From positions 12,518 through 76,517 of the forward strand of contig WFSJ01000042.1 of assembly GCA_015486055.1 (NCBI GenBank): 64,000 nt of DNA. The letters are read 5' to 3'. Under the pieces are notes generated by a model, which was not told the DNA's origin, did no database searches, and was given only the letters and a program-made list of their open reading frames with translations. Both the position numbers and the translations under genes were made by a program. Source of the DNA: Acidobacteriota bacterium. Its GTDB lineage: Bacteria > Acidobacteriota > Aminicenantia > S016-38. This document shows, in pieces, positions 57,188 through 64,000 of this stretch. Every line of letters begins with the position of its first letter. The first letter of the stretch is position 1.

Positions 57188-58890
57188 TTTACTTTACCAA
57201 CAAAAACTGCAATGTCATCCGGAGGGATTTCCCTCCCAAAGAATCTCTCAGCTTCAGTTAATATTCTATCAAGAATTTGCTGTGGCTGAAGATGAGAATT
57301 CTTCTTTATAATTCTCTCAATTCTCTCTGTGCCAAACATTTCAGCTCCACTGCTGGATGGAAGCTCGCTAAGCCCATCAGTAAAAAGAACGAGTATATCT
57401 CCTTTTTCTATCTGTATTCTCGTTGTTTTCGTAAGTTTCTCTATATTTTTTAATATACCTATCCCAATACCCGCTGGTTTTATGAGCATTATTTCTTCCA
57501 AACCTGTAGTGGAAAAGGGCCTGTATAATATCATGGGCTGATGCCCTGCTCTTGCTACTTCCATTTCCCCTCTGGAGAGTCGAACAGCAGTAAAAGTTAT
57601 AAAATGAGTAGGATGCAGATGAGGAAAAAGAATCTCGTTTGTCTTTTCAACCACGGATTTAAGAGGAAGACCTGACCTTATAAAAGCAGTAACAACCCCT
57701 TTGAGCATGGCTCCGAAAAGGGAAGAGTAAAGGCCCCTTCCCGAAACATCAGCCATCAGTATAAAGCAATTCTCTCCTTCCTTTATTATGTCGTAAAAAT
57801 CCCCTCCAACTCCTCTTGCTGCAATTGTGAGGGCAGAGTGTTCTAAATATGGGATTTCTTCTTCCTGGGGAGGCATGAGCCTTAGCTGAATTTTTCTCGC
57901 TATCCTTATCTCTTCTTCAAGCATATTCGCAATATTTTCACTCTGGGCGAGAGTCCCCAACCTCTTCACCATACCATCAAAGCTTTCCATTATCCTTCCC
58001 AGTTCGTCTTTCCTCTTGGTCTTAATTCTAATTGAAAGGTTACCGTTCTTTATTGCTCTTACTGCAAAGGAAAACTTGGAAAGCGCCTTGGTTATATCCA
58101 TGGTTATAAGAAATCCTCCTCCCATGGCTGCCAGGTTTAGGAAGGAAAGCACGATAGCGAAAAACAGAAAGGAAAAGAACAGAGAGTTGGAAATGGAACT
58201 TTTCCCCCTTACTATACCGTTTACAAGGCTTCCAAAAGTAGCTTTAGCGAGAAAAACTGCACCGTCATACTCGTTTCCATCATCAAAGGAATAAACATCT
58301 CCAGAAAAAATCACAGGGAAGCTGAATCCTTTACCCTCTGTCTTTGTCCCCATGTTTCTTATATTCACTTTTTTCCCTTGCCTTTGAAAAAGATATGGTG
58401 GAAGATAAACCTTTATTCCATACTCATCCATGAAGAAATCCGAAACAGAATTGTTAATGGGAAAAATTTTCCTTCCTCTTCTGTTGACTGCGAGGAAAAA
58501 TTTCTTACCATTTAAAATTATGCCCTCAAATCCCTTTCTAATTTGAAGATCAGTTTTTACTCCAGCCTCTCCCTTTTCCATTTCCTCAAATTTATAATCA
58601 AACCACCCCATGATAAGCGTGCTTGTAAAACCTGCAAACATAACATATACAAGAAGAAATGCCATAATAATTAAGAGAACCACAGGAATAAGTCCTGCAA
58701 GAAGGTGGGAAAAAATCAGCCTGTTCTTTATCTTGTAAAGGAATCTTCTGAATACATAAGGGAAAAATATTATAAGGACAAGTAAAAGAAAAATTGATGT
58801 GATAAAGATAAAGCTATATAAATTTCTGGCCTTAAAAATTACCGCAAGGAGATAAAGGAAAAGAAGCAAAATTAAGCTTTTTTCCCTCAT
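57184..58890 (-). CDS. Membrane HAMP + SpoIIE/PP2C (RsbU-like) Ser/Thr phosphatase
   Basis: TM helices, HAMP (RKDELG), GGDFYD, ADVSGRG, FTDGLSE and PDDIAV. Confidence 0.88.
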   Translation of the reverse strand: MREKSLILLLFLYLLAVIFKARNLYSFIFITSIFLLLVLIIFFPYVFRRFLYKIKNRLIFSHLLAGLIPVVLLIIMAFLLVYVMFAGFTSTLIMGWFDYKFEEMEKGEAGVKTDLQIRKGFEGIILNGKKFFLAVNRRGRKIFPINNSVSDFFMDEYGIKVYLPPYLFQRQGKKVNIRNMGTKTEGKGFSFPVIFSGDVYSFDDGNEYDGAVFLAKATFGSLVNGIVRGKSSISNSLFFSFLFFAIVLSFLNLAAMGGGFLITMDITKALSKFSFAVRAIKNGNLSIRIKTKRKDELGRIMESFDGMVKRLGTLAQSENIANMLEEEIRIARKIQLRLMPPQEEEIPYLEHSALTIAARGVGGDFYDIIKEGENCFILMADVSGRGLYSSLFGAMLKGVVTAFIRSGLPLKSVVEKTNEILFPHLHPTHFITFTAVRLSRGEMEVARAGHQPMILYRPFSTTGLEEIMLIKPAGIGIGILKNIEKLTKTTRIQIEKGDILVLFTDGLSELPSSSGAEMFGTERIERIIKKNSHLQPQQILDRILTEAERFFGREIPPDDIAVFVGKVK

Positions 58891-59984
58891 TCCGCGGCCT
58901 TGGAAACAATTTCAGCCATGTGATATGTCCTTATAGGAGAAAAACTTCCAAGGAACATTACACATCCGGGGCATTCTGTTACTAAAATATCTGCGCCCGA
59001 TTTCCTTATATATTTCCGCTTTTCCCCTCTCAAATTGAGGGATATCAAAGGATGAGATAGGGAAAAGCTGCCTCCAAATCCGCAACAGAGGTCAGGCCTT
59101 TCCATCTCATGAAAATTGCTAATTTTTGAGAGAAGTTCCCTTGGTTCCTTCCATATTTTGAGTTCTTTTCTTAAATGGCATGGATCGTGCCATGTGGTTT
59201 TTAAATTTAGCTTCCTAAGATCAAGGGAGGAGATATTCTCAAGCACAAATTTGGAAATGGTATATACATTGGAAAGCCCATAGAATCTCTTCAGAGTATT
59301 TATGCCAGTTGGACATGGAGAAAGAATAATATCAGGTGAAGCTTCATCTATTACTTTAAGATTATGCTCCCTAATTTTTGAGAACTTTTCCCTATCCCCA
59401 AGGGAAAGATAAGGAAATCCACAGCATATTTGTCCCTTTGGAACAGAAAGGTCAAATCCTGCTTCAAGAATAACTTCAGCCATTGAGGCCGCAATGGCCG
59501 GGAAAAATTGATTAACAAGACAGCCCAAAAAAAGCATAACTTTCCCCTTCCCTTTTCCCTTACGAAATTCCTGTGTCCTTGAGAGGTAAGGCCTCAAAGC
59601 AGGGGAGAAAGGTAATTTCTCAGGAAAAAAAAGAGCAAGGAGACTGGTAATGAGATGGGCCGGGAATGTTTCCTTTGAAATAGAGTCTATGACAAGCTCC
59701 TTTAATTTACTACCTCCCCATCTTTTCCTTGCTTCTATCATTATATCTATTGTCTTTATCCCGTTGGGGCAAGCATCCTCACAGCCTCCGCATAAGGAAC
59801 AATATGATATTATCTTCTCCACTTCTTTCTGAGGGACACTCCCTTCAAGGGCATTTTTTATTATTGTGAGTTTCCCCCTTGGGGAAACAGCTTCATCCCT
59901 ATCGACATAATAAACAGGACATGCTGTAAGGCAACTTCCGCACTGAACACATACCTCAAGGAGTTTAGAGAGCTTTAAAGACAA
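58887..59984 (-). CDS. Fe-S oxidoreductase subunit (GlcF/CCG-domain family)
   Basis: Two CxxCxxCxxxCP motifs, two CCG domains and HDPCH. Confidence 0.85.
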   Translation of the reverse strand: MSLKLSKLLEVCVQCGSCLTACPVYYVDRDEAVSPRGKLTIIKNALEGSVPQKEVEKIISYCSLCGGCEDACPNGIKTIDIMIEARKRWGGSKLKELVIDSISKETFPAHLITSLLALFFPEKLPFSPALRPYLSRTQEFRKGKGKGKVMLFLGCLVNQFFPAIAASMAEVILEAGFDLSVPKGQICCGFPYLSLGDREKFSKIREHNLKVIDEASPDIILSPCPTGINTLKRFYGLSNVYTISKFVLENISSLDLRKLNLKTTWHDPCHLRKELKIWKEPRELLSKISNFHEMERPDLCCGFGGSFSLSHPLISLNLRGEKRKYIRKSGADILVTECPGCVMFLGSFSPIRTYHMAEIVSKAAE

Positions 59985-61242
59985 TCTCCCCCTCTACAAA
60001 AGTAAGAACAGGAGCTCCTTTTAACTTCCATCCTTCAAATGGTGTATTTTTGCTCTTTGAAGCGAACTTTTCTGTTTCTATTTTAATTTCCTTTTTGGGG
60101 TTAATCACTGTGAGATTGGCTGGTAACCCTTTTTCTATCTTTCCGAATCCTTTAAGATTAAGTATGTTCGCAGGATTGATAGAAAGCAGCTCAACAAATC
60201 TTTTTATGCTTATTTTCTTCTTTGAAACGAGCTTATCCCAGATCAAAGGAACTGTTGTTTCAAGGCCAATTACTCCGAAAGGCGCCGCATCAAATTCTAC
60301 TTCCTTATCGTCCTTGGTGTGAGGGGCATGGTCCGAAGCTATAACATCTATTATCCCACTCCTCAGGCCTTCAACAAGAGCATCCCTATCCTCTCGAGTT
60401 CTCAATGGAGGATTCATCTTGAAGTTCGTATTATAGTTGGAAAGAAAAGTTTCATCAAGAAGAAGATGATGGGGAGTTGCCTCAGCAGTGACTCTGACTC
60501 CTCTTGCTTTTGCGTTTTTAATAATATTTAGAGTGCTTTTACAGGAAACATGTTGGATGTGGATTTTGGCCCCTGTAAATTCTGAAATAAGAAGGTCCCT
60601 TGCCACAATGGATGCTTCTGAAACCCAGGGAATTCCTCTCAATCCAAGCTTCGCAGTGAAGTAGCTCTCATTTGCTACACCGCCTTGGGAGAGTCTAAGA
60701 TCCTCGGCATGGTCAATATAAGGAAGGTCAAGACTCAGGAGGTATTCAAGGCCTCTTCTTAAAATCAGAGGGTCTCCAACAGGAGAACCATCATCTGAAA
60801 ATGCAACTGCCCCTTCGGCTGCCATAAGGGCCATTTCTGTAAGTTCTTTTCCCTCTCTTCCTTTGGTGAAGGCACCAACAGGGAAGACATATACCTTGGA
60901 ATCTTTACCCCTTTCAACTACGAATCTAACCCTCAGGGGATCATCCACCGGAGGCTGAGTATTTGGCATCATTCCAACAGCAACAAATCCTCCCTTTGCA
61001 GCGGCCTTCGCTCCGCTCCTTATATCCTCTGCCTCCTCTCTCCCCGGTTCTCTAAAGTGAACATGCATATCTATCAGACCAGGGAAAATTATCATCCTTG
61101 TAAGGTCCAAAAGCTCACAGTCATCGCAGGAAAGCCCTTTCCCTATTTCCATTATTTGGCCTTCCTCTATTAAAATATCCCCTATCAAATCAAGCTTATT
61201 TAGAGGGGAAACTATTCTTGCATTTTTAAGTAGCCTTCTCAT
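59965..61242 (-). CDS. pyrC: Dihydroorotase
   Basis: [21 protein letters not shown] and SDHAPH. Confidence 0.96.
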   Translation of the reverse strand: MRRLLKNARIVSPLNKLDLIGDILIEEGQIMEIGKGLSCDDCELLDLTRMIIFPGLIDMHVHFREPGREEAEDIRSGAKAAAKGGFVAVGMMPNTQPPVDDPLRVRFVVERGKDSKVYVFPVGAFTKGREGKELTEMALMAAEGAVAFSDDGSPVGDPLILRRGLEYLLSLDLPYIDHAEDLRLSQGGVANESYFTAKLGLRGIPWVSEASIVARDLLISEFTGAKIHIQHVSCKSTLNIIKNAKARGVRVTAEATPHHLLLDETFLSNYNTNFKMNPPLRTREDRDALVEGLRSGIIDVIASDHAPHTKDDKEVEFDAAPFGVIGLETTVPLIWDKLVSKKKISIKRFVELLSINPANILNLKGFGKIEKGLPANLTVINPKKEIKIETEKFASKSKNTPFEGWKLKGAPVLTFVEGEIVFKAL

Positions 61243-62156
61243 CTTGCACCTCCCAAGAGAAGGGAAAGAACTGCCATTCTGACAGCCACGCCTTTTTCTA
61301 CCTGCTCAAGAATAACGGATCTCCCTGAATCTGCAACATCTGAGGAGAGTTCTATTCCCCTGTTAATTGGACCGGGGTGCATTACTATTGCATCGGGTTT
61401 CGTTGCTCTAAGCCTCCAGGGAGTTAACCGATATCTCTCCCTGTATTCCCTGAGAGTTGGGAAAAATCCCCCCACCATCCTTTCTAACTGAAGCCTCAGC
61501 ATTATAATAACATCCGCTCCTTCTACTGCCTTGTCCAGGTTGTATTCAACCTTAACGGGAAGGGAAGAGAAATAGGAAGGGAGCAAAGAAGAAGGACCTG
61601 AAAGAACTACCTTGGAACCCATTTTAGTGAACAGAAAAGTGTCCGAACGAGCAACTCTGCTGTGAAGAATATCTCCAACAATAACAACCTTCATACCATT
61701 GAGTCTCCCCTTCCTTTCAAGAACTGTAAGAGCATCCAGAAGGGCCTGAGTTGGATGCTCATGGGTTCCATCCCCTGCATTGACAACAGAACTTTTACAA
61801 AAGGTTGTAAGAAACTTAGCAGCCCCAGACGCTGAGTGTCTTATAACTAAAAGGTCTGTGTTCATTGCCTCAAGGTTCAAAACTGTATCTTTAAGTGTTT
61901 CTCCCTTCCTCACAGAAGAAGAGGCAGAGGAGAAATTCATAACATCTGCGCTGAGCCTTTTAGCTGCTATTTCAAAGGAAGACATAGTCCTTGTGCTCGG
62001 CTCAAAAAAAAGATTGACCACAGTTTTACCTCTCAGGGTTGGGACCTTTTTTATGGGTCTTTTTGAGATCTCAAGAAAGCTTTTAGCTGTTTCAAGAGTT
62101 TCCTTAATTTCATGGGTTTCAAGTTCCTCAATTGAAATAAGATGTTTCCTCTTCAT
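61239..62156 (-). CDS. pyrB: Aspartate carbamoyltransferase catalytic subunit
   Basis: [23 protein letters not shown] and MHPGPINRG. Confidence 0.97.
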   Translation of the reverse strand: MKRKHLISIEELETHEIKETLETAKSFLEISKRPIKKVPTLRGKTVVNLFFEPSTRTMSSFEIAAKRLSADVMNFSSASSSVRKGETLKDTVLNLEAMNTDLLVIRHSASGAAKFLTTFCKSSVVNAGDGTHEHPTQALLDALTVLERKGRLNGMKVVIVGDILHSRVARSDTFLFTKMGSKVVLSGPSSLLPSYFSSLPVKVEYNLDKAVEGADVIIMLRLQLERMVGGFFPTLREYRERYRLTPWRLRATKPDAIVMHPGPINRGIELSSDVADSGRSVILEQVEKGVAVRMAVLSLLLGGAR

Positions 62157-62702
62157 TTATTCCTCCTCTGTTATCAAAACCTCATCTGCCCCATCTACTT
62201 CTTTTATTTTTACCCTTACTCTTTCTCTTCTTGAAGTCGGTAGAACTTTGCCTATGTAATCCGCCTGGATTGGAAGCTCCCTGTGTCCTCTGTCAATGAG
62301 AACCAAAAGCTGAATTGTCCTGGGTCTTCCAAGGTCAACGATGGAGTCCATTGCAGCTCTTACTGTTCTTCCAGTAAAGAGAACATCATCAATTAATATT
62401 ATGTCCTTCTTGTCCACAGAGAAAGGTATTTCAGTAGCCTTAACCTCAGGTTGTATTCCCCTCTGGGGTATATCGTCTCTGTAAAGAGTTATATCAAGAA
62501 TTCCAAGTGGAAGTTCAATTCCCTCGATTTTCTTTATGGCTTTTCTAATTCTCTCTGCTATAAAAGTGCCTCTGGTTCTTATCCCCATAAGGATGAGATT
62601 CTCTATATTCCTGTTCCTCTCGACAACTTCGGTTGCTAATCTTGTGATAGCTCTCGAAATCCTCTTCTGATCCATTATCTTTGCCTTTATCTTTTCTGCC
62701 AT
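62157..62702 (-). CDS. pyrR: PyrR bifunctional regulator/uracil phosphoribosyltransferase
   Basis: LDITLYRDD, DDVLFTGRT and DRGHRELPI. Start ATG 62702 after GGAGGG. Confidence 0.95.
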   Translation of the reverse strand: MAEKIKAKIMDQKRISRAITRLATEVVERNRNIENLILMGIRTRGTFIAERIRKAIKKIEGIELPLGILDITLYRDDIPQRGIQPEVKATEIPFSVDKKDIILIDDVLFTGRTVRAAMDSIVDLGRPRTIQLLVLIDRGHRELPIQADYIGKVLPTSRRERVRVKIKEVDGADEVLITEEE

Positions 62703-62814
62703 CTTACCCTCCGCTCTAATCCTTCCTCTTCCCCCAGGAGAAATTATAACAATAACAGGAAACTTTTCCCCCTTCAAGTTTATTTTTATCTTTAAGTGTG
62801 GTATCTTCTCAATT

Positions 62815-64000
62815 GTGAATGAGAAAGCCCTTGCTATGCTTTACAGTTCGGCAGCCAAATTTATAAGAGTAAGGGCATATTCTAAATTATGGAATCTTGT
62901 CAAGAAAGCCCATTCAGCGGATATTGCTACTGTTTTAGACAAATTGTTCCCTGGGGAAAGGAAGGAACTTTTCCGAGTTATATACAACAATGATATAGAA
63001 AAAGCTGCAGATGTAGTTTCAGAGCTTCACCCGGATATTGCTGCAGATCTCCTCATTCAGTCAGAGCTTTCTTCAAGAAATATAGTCGAACTTTTCAGGC
63101 TTATGCCAAGTGACGATGTTGTCTCGATAATGGATTCCCTTCCAGAAGAACTCGCCGAGGATATAAAAGAACTTATGAGCCCTAAAAGGACAGAAGAGGT
63201 AGAATCCCTTCTGTCATACGAGGAAGATACCGCTGGCAGAATAATGTCAACGGACTTTTACGCTCTGGATCAGAATACAACCGTCTCCGATGCTATAACT
63301 GCGATTCAGCTCTCAAGGGAGATTGAATCGGGTTTCTACCTTTATGTGATTAATAGGGAAGAAAAACTTATGGGGGTAATTTCCTTAAAGCAGCTTATAC
63401 TGAATCCACCATCTACAAGATTAAGGGAAATAATGAACAGAGATGTTATATCTGTTACCGTGGACACTGATCAGGAGGAAGTTGCAAGACAGGTCTCAGC
63501 CTATAATCTCGTAGCCATACCTGTTGTGGACCATGAAGGATGCCTTAAGGGTGTCATCACTGTAGATGACATAATAGATATCATTGAGGAGGAAGCCGCT
63601 GAAGACCTTCTAAAGATGGCGGGTGTTGAAGAAATTGACAGGATAACAACCTCTCCTGTAAAGTCCATAAAAAAGAGGCTCCCTTGGCTGTATGTAAATC
63701 TTATTACTGCCTCCATCGTTGCTTTAGTAATTTCCCTATTTAAGGGAACAATACAAAAATATGCATTAATAGCGGCTTTTATGCCGATCACAGGACTTGT
63801 GGGAAATGCAGGGATTCAGTCAATTGCAGTTATGGTGAGAGAGTTGGCTCTGGGAAAAATAACATGGGGGAATGCTAGAAAAGCTCTTTTTAAGGAGGTT
63901 TCAGTTGCCCTTGGCAATTCAGTAGGTCTTGGAATAGTTGTAGCCGTTTTCGGTCAAATAGTTACTGGAAAGCCAATAATTGGTCTCATTCTTTTCATTG
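62815..64000 (+). CDS. mgtE: Magnesium transporter MgtE (runs off the window edge)
   Basis: Not in the ORF track; translated by hand. It reads HSADIA, YEEDTAGRIMSTDF, a CBS pair, GVITVDD, RLPWL and GNAGIQ. Confidence 0.93.
   Translation, partial: MNEKALAMLYSSAAKFIRVRAYSKLWNLVKKAHSADIATVLDKLFPGERKELFRVIYNNDIEKAADVVSELHPDIAADLLIQSELSSRNIVELFRLMPSDDVVSIMDSLPEELAEDIKELMSPKRTEEVESLLSYEEDTAGRIMSTDFYALDQNTTVSDAITAIQLSREIESGFYLYVINREEKLMGVISLKQLILNPPSTRLREIMNRDVISVTVDTDQEEVARQVSAYNLVAIPVVDHEGCLKGVITVDDIIDIIEEEAAEDLLKMAGVEEIDRITTSPVKSIKKRLPWLYVNLITASIVALVISLFKGTIQKYALIAAFMPITGLVGNAGIQSIAVMVRELALGKITWGNARKALFKEVSVALGNSVGLGIVVAVFGQIVTGKPIIGLILFI

Noticed and set aside
62703-62760. PyrR-binding attenuator upstream of pyrR
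   Set aside because: No recognisable PyrR binding-loop consensus or terminator/antiterminator pair in the short leader.
176-63791. Many short antisense or overlapping ORFs in the track (e.g. 37107-37736, 38419-38934, 61780-62259, 63501-63791)
   Set aside because: They lie opposite or inside well-supported genes and have the Ser/Phe/Ile-rich composition expected of shadow frames.

Overview
Core chromosome of a diderm, probably anaerobic bacterium; the gene repertoire is reminiscent of Acidobacteriota/Aminicenantes, which is an inference only. Most of the window is housekeeping: tRNA(CAT)-tilS-ileS-lspA-lgt-rluD, guaA, glgP, a split NAD synthetase, recG/rsmD/cinA/thpR/plsY/gpsA, ispF-gltX-rlmB with nucleotide-sugar genes, rnc, pyrRBC and mgtE. 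I see no transposase, integrase, prophage or CRISPR array. Five things stand out. (1) Ser/Thr-phosphosignalling parts: a receptor-topology TPR-TM-kinase, an FHA-sigma54-type activator with an altered GAFTGA loop, an FHA-GAF adenylate cyclase, a pseudokinase-TM-TonB fusion and a HAMP-PP2C phosphatase. (2) A DtxR-family metal regulon with two matching operators, covering feoB (with a Cys-rich insert), a broken feoA, a secreted FmdE-family protein, a TusA-like remnant and a TonB-dependent receptor. (3) Many apparently leaderless promoters, including a bidirectional one. (4) A consensus sigma54 promoter in front of a secreted FecR/DUF6600-like protein with a prion-like tail. (5) An AT-rich second lgt. 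All calls come from motif recognition by eye; no database searches were run.
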